Made by a program: the position numbers and the translations under genes
Part shown: positions 51,413 to 60,121 of the stretch, piece by piece
How the letters are laid out: each line of letters begins with the position of its first letter
Position numbering within the stretch: the first letter of the stretch is position 1
The notes under the pieces: model-generated
What the model was told of the DNA's origin: nothing
Database searches by the model: none
The model's input: the letters and a program-made list of their open reading frames with translations, nothing else
Assembly: GCF_002087085.1 (NCBI RefSeq)
Contig: NZ_MWQY01000010.1
Coordinates: forward strand, 1 to 64,000
Length of the DNA stretch: 64,000 bases
Direction of reading: 5' to 3'

Positions 51413-53032
51413 ATGCGCAAACGATCTGTGGCTGTCGGCTCGGGAAAAGGCGGAGTCGGAAAAACAACTACAGCTGTCAATCTGGCCATTTACTATGCGA
51501 AGCAGGGCTATGCCACGGCTCTGATAGACCTGGATCCCCTCTCCAATGCCGCTACACTGCTGGATGTGGAGGACGGATACAATGACGCGGGCCTTGATCC
51601 GGAGGCCTCCCTGGACGCCTTCATTCTTCCCATATTCGACAACCTGGACCTTCTCTTTCCCGGAAAAAAAACCGGCCCCCGGGATTCCCGTATTATCAGA
51701 GAACTCCTTTTTGAAACCTTCTCCGCAGCCCTGACTTCAGCCTATGACCTTCTGATCTTCGACCTGCCCGCAGGCCTCGATGAAGAGGAAAACCTCGCAT
51801 TTCTGCCCCACATCGACAACCTGATTGTGGTAACAAACCCGGAACCCACCGCCCACGTTGCGGCGGGGGCCTATATCAGGGCAGCCCTGGCCAAGGCGCC
51901 GGATATAAACCTGTATGTGTGGCACAACCGCTTTTCTCCACCCAGGGGGGGAGGCATAGTATCCCGGGACGTCATCGGAACCTACAACCGGAACATGCCC
52001 GCGGAAGAGCGGCTGGATGAAAAACTGAAAGAGTCGATTCAGGGGATAGCCTTTGTTCCCGAAGACCCGGCTCTTGACCTGCTGCAGGGGACCCCTTCGG
52101 CGATCATGAATATTCACAGGTCACTGCTCAGTGTTGTGGGGCAGCTTATCGAGGAACGGACGGAGCTGCTGGTTCGCCCCCTGCCCTTCAGCAAAGGCAT
52201 GCGCCGCCTGCTCAGCTTTTACCTTTCAGGCAGCCGTCAGGAAAAGGAAGAGGATTTTCTTGCAGGGTTCGGAGAGTATGTCTCCGGGCTTCTCAACTCC
52301 GCTTTCAACAGGGAAAGCGGCGGAACCGAAACCTTCACGGAACAGGAGCGCAGCGTCCTGGCCGAGACCTTTCGGATGGTGCGGAAGGACCCCTCCCTGG
52401 TCCACATGCGGCGGGTGCGGGTTCTGCTGGAAGCCAAGATCGAGGCCCTGGAGGATGAGACAAAACTCTTCTCCAAGGGAGTCCATATCGATCATGATAA
52501 AAACATCGACCGGGAAACCGGACTTCTTCTGCGCAGCATCCAGCAATCCGCCGCTGTAAAAGAGCTTCGTCTCAACGCGGGGATACTGCTCTTCTATTTC
52601 GCCCTCTACAAGCTTCTGCAGTCGCCCACAATCGTCCGCCTCCTCAACGATTTTATCCCCTTCAGGGAAGGGTCCAGGGGAGAACCGATACGGGACCGCA
52701 GGAGTCAGATTACCAACCTGATCCACAGCAGCGAAGAGTACAACCGCCGCTATTTCGGCCTTATCAAGACGATCTTCCCGGTTGTGGGAAAGCAGATAGA
52801 AGCGGTCACCCGGGCCTTCGGGCTTCACAGCCTCCTGTTGCGGGACCCGGAGAGCAGAAAGGTAAGAAGCGATCTCTACGCGAAGCTGCTGAGCAACTTT
52901 ATTCACGACACCCTCTACTCGGGTCTTTCCGTGGTGGTGGGATTCGAGTACCGCAGCGCGGCCATCTCGTTTCAGGAAGGGGCCGATTTTCTGGGGGAGG
53001 CCCTTCTTCCCTCGAAACAGAAGAGCGCCTAG
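51413..53032 (+). CDS. MinD/FlhG/ParA-family ATPase with large internal insert
   Basis: SGKGGVGKTT deviant Walker A, IDLDP, FDLPAG, VTNPEPTA; GGAGG RBS before ATG 51413. Confidence 0.85.
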   Translation: MRKRSVAVGSGKGGVGKTTTAVNLAIYYAKQGYATALIDLDPLSNAATLLDVEDGYNDAGLDPEASLDAFILPIFDNLDLLFPGKKTGPRDSRIIRELLFETFSAALTSAYDLLIFDLPAGLDEEENLAFLPHIDNLIVVTNPEPTAHVAAGAYIRAALAKAPDINLYVWHNRFSPPRGGGIVSRDVIGTYNRNMPAEERLDEKLKESIQGIAFVPEDPALDLLQGTPSAIMNIHRSLLSVVGQLIEERTELLVRPLPFSKGMRRLLSFYLSGSRQEKEEDFLAGFGEYVSGLLNSAFNRESGGTETFTEQERSVLAETFRMVRKDPSLVHMRRVRVLLEAKIEALEDETKLFSKGVHIDHDKNIDRETGLLLRSIQQSAAVKELRLNAGILLFYFALYKLLQSPTIVRLLNDFIPFREGSRGEPIRDRRSQITNLIHSSEEYNRRYFGLIKTIFPVVGKQIEAVTRAFGLHSLLLRDPESRKVRSDLYAKLLSNFIHDTLYSGLSVVVGFEYRSAAISFQEGADFLGEALLPSKQKSA

Positions 53033-53820
53033 GCACCTCCGGAACGCAGAATACTGTAAATCCGGCGCTTTACCCGCAGAAAATCATCCTCCATAACCAT
53101 CTCCCGGCTCCGCGGACGGGGAAGAGGGATTTCCTCCTCCTCGAGAATGCGGGAGGGTTTTTCGCTCATTACCATGACCCGGTCGGCGATCAGGATGGCC
53201 TCGTCTATATCGTGGGTGACCATAAGGACCGTGGTATTCAGGGCGGAAATAAGTCCGGAAAGCCAGTCCTGCAGGCGTTCCCTGGTAATGGCATCCAGGG
53301 CGCCGAAGGGCTCATCCAGAAGCATGATGTCCCGGCGGTACAGATAGGTCCGCATAAGAGCCGCCCGCTGACGCATCCCGCCTGAAAGCTGAGAAGGGTA
53401 ATACTCCTCGAAACCTTCCAGTCCGAAGGGGCCGAAGAGGGGCGCGGCGATCCTTTCCGCCTCCGCCTTCGACATACCCTTCAGCCGCAAGGGTATTGTC
53501 ACATTCGCCATGACACGCTTCCATGGAAGGAGCAGATCCTTCTGGTGCATGTAGCCTACCCGTCCGGTTTCGCCGTTCACCAGCTCCCCACCGATGACGA
53601 TCTCTCCGGAATCGGGATGATCCAGTCCGGCGACCAGATGCATCAGGGTGCTCTTCCCGCAGCCGGAGGGCCCGAGAAGGGCCAGGACCTCTCCCCGTTT
53701 CAGGGAGAGGGAAATCCCGTCGATTACATCAAGACCGGCAAAGCCTTTCACCACCTCCGAGAGACGGATTATGGATTCTGTGCCCAGAGAGGACTGGTGC
53801 TTAACGGGGGAGGAATTCAT
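53029..53820 (-). CDS. ABC transporter ATP-binding protein (ThiZ/SsuB-like)
   Basis: GPSGCGKST, LSGGMRQR, LLDEPFGALD, VTHD. Confidence 0.9.
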   Translation of the reverse strand: MNSSPVKHQSSLGTESIIRLSEVVKGFAGLDVIDGISLSLKRGEVLALLGPSGCGKSTLMHLVAGLDHPDSGEIVIGGELVNGETGRVGYMHQKDLLLPWKRVMANVTIPLRLKGMSKAEAERIAAPLFGPFGLEGFEEYYPSQLSGGMRQRAALMRTYLYRRDIMLLDEPFGALDAITRERLQDWLSGLISALNTTVLMVTHDIDEAILIADRVMVMSEKPSRILEEEEIPLPRPRSREMVMEDDFLRVKRRIYSILRSGGA

Positions 53821-54778
53821 TGGTAAAGGCCGCCTCCGGAACAAATTCGCCTTCCAGAAGACCATTCTCCTTAAGCCATTCGGCATAACGCTCCCAGACT
53901 TCCAGCTTCATCTCTCCCCAGCAGGGCGCCCCGGCCGTGTACTCCCCGGCCAGGTAACGCTGGCTCGCCACAACCAGTTCGCGATCCAGTTCCGGTGCTG
54001 CTTCGAGGAGGATATCCGCAGCCTCTTCCGGGTTTTCGACGGCATAGCGGTACCCCCGGGCTGCTCCTGATATAAAGGCGCGAACCAGCTCGGGATTTTC
54101 CTGGAGCAGGCCGTCCCGGGCAATGAGGACGGGGGTGTAGTAATCCAGTACCGCCTCGGTGGCCAGGGGAATATAGTTGATATCGATCCCTTTAAGCTCC
54201 GCGGCAATGCCGTCCCAGCCACGGAAAATCCAGACAAAATCAATGTCCCCCGCAGTGGCGGCGAAAAAGTCCATCGATCCTATGGGAACGATCTTTACCT
54301 TTGAAAAATCCCCGCCGTCTCCTTCCACCAGGGCCCTGACCATGGCTTCCTCGATGGGTGATCCCCAGCCGCCGTAGGCCTTGCCCTCGAAATCCCTGGG
54401 ACGGCGGATATCCTCGGCGCTGCGGGAGGCGAATCCGGAGGTGTTGTGCTGGATAACCGCAGCCACAGCCTTAAGTGCGTTACCCGCGGCCCGGGCGTAG
54501 GTAACCTCCTCCTGGTAACTCACGGCGAACTCGGCCTTCCCCGACAGAACGAGTCCGGCGGCCCCGGTCTCGGGGGGGAACTCGATGGAGACATCCAGGC
54601 CCTCCTCCTCAAAGAAGCCCAGATCCCGGGCGACATACAGGCCGGTATGGTTTGTATTGATGGTCCAGTCCAGGACCACCGTTACCGCTTCGGGTTTTTC
54701 CGACGATTCTCCGCCTCCTCCGGCAAAGGCCGCCAGGGTCGATACAGCAACAAATAAAACAACAAGTGTTCGTTTCAT
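53801..54778 (-). CDS. NMT1/THI5-like (ThiY) thiamine-precursor-binding protein
   Basis: LDWTINTNHTG, VSYQEE, YGGWGSP, W, YYTP. Confidence 0.9.
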   Translation of the reverse strand: MKRTLVVLFVAVSTLAAFAGGGGESSEKPEAVTVVLDWTINTNHTGLYVARDLGFFEEEGLDVSIEFPPETGAAGLVLSGKAEFAVSYQEEVTYARAAGNALKAVAAVIQHNTSGFASRSAEDIRRPRDFEGKAYGGWGSPIEEAMVRALVEGDGGDFSKVKIVPIGSMDFFAATAGDIDFVWIFRGWDGIAAELKGIDINYIPLATEAVLDYYTPVLIARDGLLQENPELVRAFISGAARGYRYAVENPEEAADILLEAAPELDRELVVASQRYLAGEYTAGAPCWGEMKLEVWERYAEWLKENGLLEGEFVPEAAFTNEFLPR

Positions 54779-55545
54779 GATTTACTCCTCAGGTTTGCAT
54801 ACTTCCAGGAAAGAAAAAAACGCTCTGCCAGCGACACGGCGGCAAACACCATGAGGCTGACTATGACGACGACGAGAATGGCGGCGAAGACCCGGGGGGT
54901 GTTGAAGGTTTTATATGAACGCATCATATAGACCCCCATGCCCGTCTGGGCGCCAAGCCATTCTCCGATAACAGCTCCCATCACGCTGTAGGTAGCTGCA
55001 ATCCGCAGCCCGGAAAAGAGGTTCGGCAGAGCTCCCGGGAGCCTCACCTGCAGAAATATCTGCAGGGGTTTTGCCCTCATTCCCCGGAACAGATCGATAA
55101 GGTCGGGATCGGTATTCTGCAGTCCGTCTATAAGACTTACGGCCACCGGAAAAAAACAGACAAGAACAACCACCACAACCTTGGCGGTGAGGCCAAAGCC
55201 GAACCAGATCAGAAAAAGAGGATAGATAAAAATGATCGGTACCGTCTGGGAAACCACAATATAGGGATACAGAGCCCTTCGCAGGACCGGGAAGAGGTCC
55301 ATGATAAGGGAAAAGAAGGCCGCCACCAGCAGAGAAAGGATAAATCCGCTCATGGCTGTAAAAAGGGTTACCCCGATGTGGGGCAGCATAAGATCAAACT
55401 GCCGGACCAGGGCTGCAGTAATCGCCGAGGGCGCAGGCAGAATGTATTCCGCCAGCCCCAGCAGTCTGCAGAAGGCTTCCCACAGCAGAATAAAAAGCAG
55501 GCCCGCTGCCATTGAGGGCAGCCGGTCCCTGATTCTATTGGTCAC
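54775..55545 (-). CDS. ABC transporter permease (ThiX-like)
   Basis: ILPAPS, SQTVP, IWFGFG, GAVIGEW; start uncertain (GTG 55545 chosen). Confidence 0.88.
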   Translation of the reverse strand: MTNRIRDRLPSMAAGLLFILLWEAFCRLLGLAEYILPAPSAITAALVRQFDLMLPHIGVTLFTAMSGFILSLLVAAFFSLIMDLFPVLRRALYPYIVVSQTVPIIFIYPLFLIWFGFGLTAKVVVVVLVCFFPVAVSLIDGLQNTDPDLIDLFRGMRAKPLQIFLQVRLPGALPNLFSGLRIAATYSVMGAVIGEWLGAQTGMGVYMMRSYKTFNTPRVFAAILVVVIVSLMVFAAVSLAERFFLSWKYANLRSKS

Positions 55546-55828
55546 GATACTTGCCGATCTTCTCATTGAAACTCAGCCCCCCGGGTTTCATGTCCGTCTT
55601 GATGACAGCGCCGACCCGGCTGGCCCCTTCGGCGAGGCAGATACGATGAGCCTCTTTGACCAGATCGAAAAGCTGGTCCATCTCCCCCTCGATGGTCGTC
55701 TCCATGGGACCTATAATATGGGGAAGGCCCGAGGCACGGATCATCTCTATTACTTTATCCACCGTTGGATAAAGCCGTTCGTCGGGGACTCGTGGCAGTA
55801 TTTGAAGACTCAGATGCATGGCGGGCAT
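55535..55828 (-). CDS. Thiamine-binding protein (YkoF/MTH1187 family)
   Basis: LQILP, VDKVI, SGL, GPMETTIEG; ATG 55828 with GGAGGT RBS. Confidence 0.88.
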   Translation of the reverse strand: MPAMHLSLQILPRVPDERLYPTVDKVIEMIRASGLPHIIGPMETTIEGEMDQLFDLVKEAHRICLAEGASRVGAVIKTDMKPGGLSFNEKIGKYRDQ

Positions 55829-55866
55829 AGACACCTCCCGGATGTTCTTATTCAAAGGGAGGCGAT

Positions 55867-55907
55867 AAAAAAGACTTCCGTCAGCATTAATATGCCGATT
55901 GAAGTCT
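55867..55907 (-). terminator. Riboswitch expression-platform terminator
   Basis: Minus strand AGACTTC...GAAGTCT hairpin + TTTTT between the TPP aptamer and the first gene. Confidence 0.7.
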
Positions 55908-55937
55908 GTGACAAACAGCGGTTAACAGTGACGAACC

Positions 55938-56027
55938 GTCAATCCCTTCGCCGGTATTATCCGGATCAGGTCAGAAGGTCGGAATCGAACCATTCCCTCT
56001 CAGCCGTAACTCACAGCTCCCTTTGAC
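55938..56027 (-). ncRNA. TPP riboswitch (THI element)
   Basis: Minus strand GTCAA-GGGAGC...CTGAGA...GACC...CCTGATCCGGATAATACCGGCGAAGGGA-TTGAC, with P1 GTCAA/TTGAC; upstream of thiamine transport genes. Confidence 0.95.
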
Positions 56028-56066
56028 TATAACTGAAGATTACACTAAAGCCCGGAAAAGTCAAGC

Positions 56067-57044
56067 TCAGTGCGCCGGGCTGTAGAACTCTGCGGGACCC
56101 AGTTCCCCTGAAAACGTCATTTTTGACATCCAGGTACGTATTTCCTGACACAGGTCGCATTTGGAGATATACCCTTCCGGGTCCGGGATAAAACCCGAAT
56201 CCCGACGAGCCTGTTCATACAGCGCGGATATGCCTTCGCTGAGCATCATCAGAAACAGCGGATAGCGCTCCGGATCGAGCTCGCTTCCCAGATCTTCATG
56301 ATCAATGGTGAATCCAACGCATCCGGGAGGGATGTAATTCCCGTAGAGGTCCATATGGAAGTGGGAGGTCTCACCCGCTTCGGTGCATGCACCGGGATTT
56401 GCAGCGCAAATTTCTTCCGCCGAGGAGTGCCGAAAAAAGGGCTTGAAACTTTCCAGGGCCCTGCCGTTCATGGTCAATCCGAAACGCCCCGCCGCTCTCA
56501 GCAGGTAATCAGGTCCGAATGCAGCTTCCAGTTCCTCCCTGGTATGCGTCCTTCCATGGTCCAGGGAGGAAAGCTCCCGGTAATACTGTTCCTGCCAGAT
56601 GAAGAAGTTCATCCCCGCAGACTTACAGGCCTCAATCACACCTTCGGGCTTATACAGAGGGATGAACTCAATGTGAAAGGGACAAATCGATACCATGACG
56701 GTATCGCAGCCCGCCGCAGCCAGGCGGGAAAGCTTCTCGATCGCCGAAGCTTTATCGGTAAACCAGGAAGCGTTGGTTTCCAGATAATCAAGCCGCATAC
56801 CCGCATCCCGGAAAACCCCGACGGTATCCAGCAAATCCCTGAATCGAAGGAAGGGTTCTCCCCCGCCGATATGCATGCCCCTGCAGCCGAGAGACCGTGC
56901 TCTATGCAACAGACTGCGCGCGAATTCAGGGTCGATATAGGAGGCATCCCGGCGGGGGGATGATCTGTAGAGACAGTGCCTGCAGGCGGCGGAACAGTTG
57001 TAGTTGCTTATCAAACCGCCGGAAAAAAGGGATGAAATCCGCAT
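56067..57044 (-). CDS. Radical SAM protein of unknown function
   Basis: CSAACRHC (CX3CX2C), GGGEP, ETNA, C-terminal C...GC...CDLC. Confidence 0.88.
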   Translation of the reverse strand: MRISSLFSGGLISNYNCSAACRHCLYRSSPRRDASYIDPEFARSLLHRARSLGCRGMHIGGGEPFLRFRDLLDTVGVFRDAGMRLDYLETNASWFTDKASAIEKLSRLAAAGCDTVMVSICPFHIEFIPLYKPEGVIEACKSAGMNFFIWQEQYYRELSSLDHGRTHTREELEAAFGPDYLLRAAGRFGLTMNGRALESFKPFFRHSSAEEICAANPGACTEAGETSHFHMDLYGNYIPPGCVGFTIDHEDLGSELDPERYPLFLMMLSEGISALYEQARRDSGFIPDPEGYISKCDLCQEIRTWMSKMTFSGELGPAEFYSPAH

Positions 57045-57168
57045 GGGTCGATTATAGCATGATCCTGCTGTTCAAGAACGAGGGGACTATCCCTGCACCC
57101 GTGAATACCCGGGAAGGAATGGGAAACCGGCTTGAATGCCGGCCCGGGAGGTGTTAAATTCATGAAAA

Positions 57169-58134
57169 ATGAATAATCTGAATAGTAAATCCCGTATAAA
57201 TAGGTACAGACCGCTGTATGTTTCCATTCTGATGCTGATGGTTATCTCCTGCCGGCATTTTCCGATAAGGGAAACAACTATTTCTCCTGATGCCCTGGAA
57301 GAGTACAGAACTAATCTGCTCCAGTGGAACAGCATAGCCTCTACCGATAAGGATCTGAATCCGGTTTCACCCCTGCCTGTTGAGCATTACGAGGTTCCCA
57401 TTGAAGCGCTGCATACGCTGAATGGGCTTTTTTTCATCGGGTTCAGTGTCGTATCTGATGCAGAGGCTGCTGAAACCGGCATAGAGGCCAATCATCATCA
57501 GCCCGGCACCGCCCCCCGTCTCAAGGGTGTGCGCAGGGTTTTCATTATCTTCGACGTTCCGGAAAAACCTGAACAGGAAGATCCCGGAATTGCCGGGGTG
57601 CTTCTGGACGGGAACGGCTGGGTACTCACCGTGGCTCATCCCTTCTCCAATCCCTCCCTGGCGAATCTTCCGTTGTACGCCCGAATCGGGGAGGATTCCT
57701 CCTGGTATAGCGCTGATCACCGCATGACAGCCCGGTCCAGCAATCTCGCCCTGGTCCACTTTGCCCTGAAGGGGAAGAATCTCATGGCCCCGGCCTTCGC
57801 CCAGGCGAAACAGGGGAGTCCGGCATTCATCGGGTATAAGGGAACAGAGGAGAAAATCCTGATTGAGAAAACAGAGGAGACCCTCCAACTGGGAGATTCC
57901 CTTGTATTCAGGGCGAACCTTGTTTCCAGATCCATCGAGCACAGGGATTCTCTGATCAGCGGACTTCCCCTTGTAAATCAGGAGGGGGAAATTCTGGGGC
58001 TCTACTATTACCAGTCCCTGGACGGCAGGTTCAGCGGCTACGCCGGCTGGAAGGAATTACCCGGCCTGATTGATTCCATGATTCATCTGCTGCACCGGGA
58101 ATTACTTTCAGAACTTCGCCGGACAAATTCCTGA
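57169..58134 (+). CDS. Lipoprotein with trypsin-like (S1C-like) domain
   Basis: Lipobox VISC; GWVLTVAH, NLALVH, SGLPLVNQEGEILG; start approximate. Confidence 0.65.
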   Translation: MNNLNSKSRINRYRPLYVSILMLMVISCRHFPIRETTISPDALEEYRTNLLQWNSIASTDKDLNPVSPLPVEHYEVPIEALHTLNGLFFIGFSVVSDAEAAETGIEANHHQPGTAPRLKGVRRVFIIFDVPEKPEQEDPGIAGVLLDGNGWVLTVAHPFSNPSLANLPLYARIGEDSSWYSADHRMTARSSNLALVHFALKGKNLMAPAFAQAKQGSPAFIGYKGTEEKILIEKTEETLQLGDSLVFRANLVSRSIEHRDSLISGLPLVNQEGEILGLYYYQSLDGRFSGYAGWKELPGLIDSMIHLLHRELLSELRRTNS

Positions 58135-58146
58135 TTTGGAGCTTGT

Positions 58147-58602
58147 ATGATTCTTACCCTGGTTCAGTTGTTAATTGCCCTTTCGCTACTTATTGTGGAG
58201 ACTGTTATAGCCATTGCAGTCCACTCCCATTTTTCCCGGCCACTGGAAACGATAAAATCCTGGTTTCTTGCCCATCGCCGTCTATCGCTGCGGGTAATTT
58301 TACCGGTTCTTCTGGTGCTGAATTTCGGCATGGCAGTGCTGTTCTCCTTTACCCTTGGAGCTCCCGAGGGAACTGACGAACAGGTTGAGCTCGAAGAGCC
58401 CTCCGGCATAGCCAGGGACTTCTTCGAGACCCTGCCTGAACTCAAACAGCCCCGGGTACCGGAGCCGAAACAGCAGCAGGCGGAGGAACCCCGGATCATG
58501 AAGGGCCTTCCGGCGGATTCGACCCTGAATATTCCCTCGCTGAACAGCGGAAGTCCGGAAAACGAAAGCCCCTCCGCCGGGAAGGCTCCCGAGGATCAGT
58601 AA
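58147..58602 (+). CDS. Hypothetical membrane protein
   Basis: Two hydrophobic helices + acidic Pro-rich tail; GGAG RBS. Confidence 0.65.
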   Translation: MILTLVQLLIALSLLIVETVIAIAVHSHFSRPLETIKSWFLAHRRLSLRVILPVLLVLNFGMAVLFSFTLGAPEGTDEQVELEEPSGIARDFFETLPELKQPRVPEPKQQQAEEPRIMKGLPADSTLNIPSLNSGSPENESPSAGKAPEDQ

Positions 58603-58610
58603 GATAAAGC

Positions 58611-59975
58611 TCAGCGGACAAGGGCCGGACGCTTGCTGTCGAACTTCCAGCCCGGAATAAGGTACTGCATGGCCTCCGCATCGTCGCGATCCCCGTGCTT
58701 CAGGGTTTTGTAGAGCCTGTGGGCCTCCTCTACCCGCTGCATATCGATTTCAAGGCCAAGGCCCGGTTTTTCCGGAATCTCAATATACCCTCCACTGATG
58801 CTGTAGGGCTCCTTTGTAAGACGTTGCCCATCCTGCCAGATCCAGTGGGTATCCATGGCGGTAATGTCGCCGGGTGCAGCGGCGGCCACCTGGGTGAAGA
58901 TTGCCAGAGAGATATCGAAGTGGTTGTTGGAGTGGGAACCCCAGGTAAGTCCCCAGTCATTGCAGACCTGGGCAGCCCGGACTGAACCGCTCATGGTCCA
59001 GAAATGGGGGTCCGCCAGGGGAATATCCACGGATTTCAGGACCACGGAGTGATGGAACTGCCGCCAGTTGGTGGCAATCATGTTCGTGGCAACGGGAATG
59101 TTTGTCGCAGTTTTGAACTCCGCCATGATCTCCCGGCCTGAGAATCCCTGTTCGGGACCGCAGGGGTCTTCCGCGTAGCTCAGATCCTCCTTCATTTCCA
59201 GGCAGAGCCGTACCGCCTCCTCCAGAGACCAGGCGCCGTTGGGATCTATATTGATACGGGCATCGGGAAACTCCTTCGCCAGGGCCCTGATTACCTCCGC
59301 CTCTTTTTCTCCCTCCAGAACTCCCCCCTTCAGCTTGAAATCCCTGAAGCCGTAATGCTCCCTTGCGGCCCCGGCCTGCTCAAGGATTGCATCGACGGTC
59401 AAAGCGGCCTGACGCCTGATCCTGAACCATGGCACCGGGCTGGACTTCTCATCCAGGTAGGGAAGATCTGTGCCGTTTTTATCCGCTACAAAAAAGAGGT
59501 ACCCCAGCATAAGGACCCTGTCCCGCTGCAGACCGTCCCCCAGAAGAGCTGCCGCAGGAACCTGCAGGTACTGTCCCAAAAGGTCCAGAAGAGCCGATTC
59601 AACGGCTATCTCGGCGTGGACAACAAAGCGGAGCTGACTCAGATCCAGTTCCTGCAGACCTTCTCCTCCGTCGGCACTGCGCCCCGGGTCCGCCCCGGAG
59701 AGGGACTTGAGAATACCCTTGTAATCCCCGATGGGTTTTCCCACCACATGGGGTATATAGCTTTTCAGAGCGGCAAGGATATGCTCGCCGCCGTGGACCT
59801 CCCCGAGGCCGGTTTTCCCGGAACTGTCGGTGAGGATTACGATATTTCTGGTAAAAACGGGACCGTGTGCTCCGCTTAAGGAGAGCAGCATACTGTCGTA
59901 GCCGGCCACTGGAATAACCTTCATCCCGGTAACTACAGGGGATCCCTGAATCTTCTGATCCTTGTATGAACTCAT
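58611..59975 (-). CDS. gudD: Glucarate dehydratase-family enolase
   Basis: [50 protein letters not shown]. Confidence 0.9.
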   Translation of the reverse strand: MSSYKDQKIQGSPVVTGMKVIPVAGYDSMLLSLSGAHGPVFTRNIVILTDSSGKTGLGEVHGGEHILAALKSYIPHVVGKPIGDYKGILKSLSGADPGRSADGGEGLQELDLSQLRFVVHAEIAVESALLDLLGQYLQVPAAALLGDGLQRDRVLMLGYLFFVADKNGTDLPYLDEKSSPVPWFRIRRQAALTVDAILEQAGAAREHYGFRDFKLKGGVLEGEKEAEVIRALAKEFPDARINIDPNGAWSLEEAVRLCLEMKEDLSYAEDPCGPEQGFSGREIMAEFKTATNIPVATNMIATNWRQFHHSVVLKSVDIPLADPHFWTMSGSVRAAQVCNDWGLTWGSHSNNHFDISLAIFTQVAAAAPGDITAMDTHWIWQDGQRLTKEPYSISGGYIEIPEKPGLGLEIDMQRVEEAHRLYKTLKHGDRDDAEAMQYLIPGWKFDSKRPALVR

Positions 59976-60121
59976 TCTTGCATCCTTGAATAATTGATTT
60001 TTACCGATTCAAGCATAGCATGCACCCCATGGGGTATCTTGCAAAAACCGGATGGGCTTTGTACTTTATGTCCAGGTACGAATATAGAAAGTATAAGTCT
60101 CGCCGCATAACGGGAGTATGA

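Noticed and set aside
55975..55995. tRNA-like GGTTCGATTCC on the minus strand
   Set aside because: Lies within the TPP riboswitch aptamer; no cloverleaf
57060..57160. GC-rich nested inverted repeats between the radical SAM and lipoprotein genes
   Set aside because: No match to cobalamin or other riboswitch cores; short CCGG/CCCGGG palindromes are common throughout this sequence
60010..60035. Possible sigma54 promoter for the gudD-like gene (GG-N10-GC on the minus strand)
   Set aside because: Flanking bases do not match TGGCAC/TTGC; too weak to call
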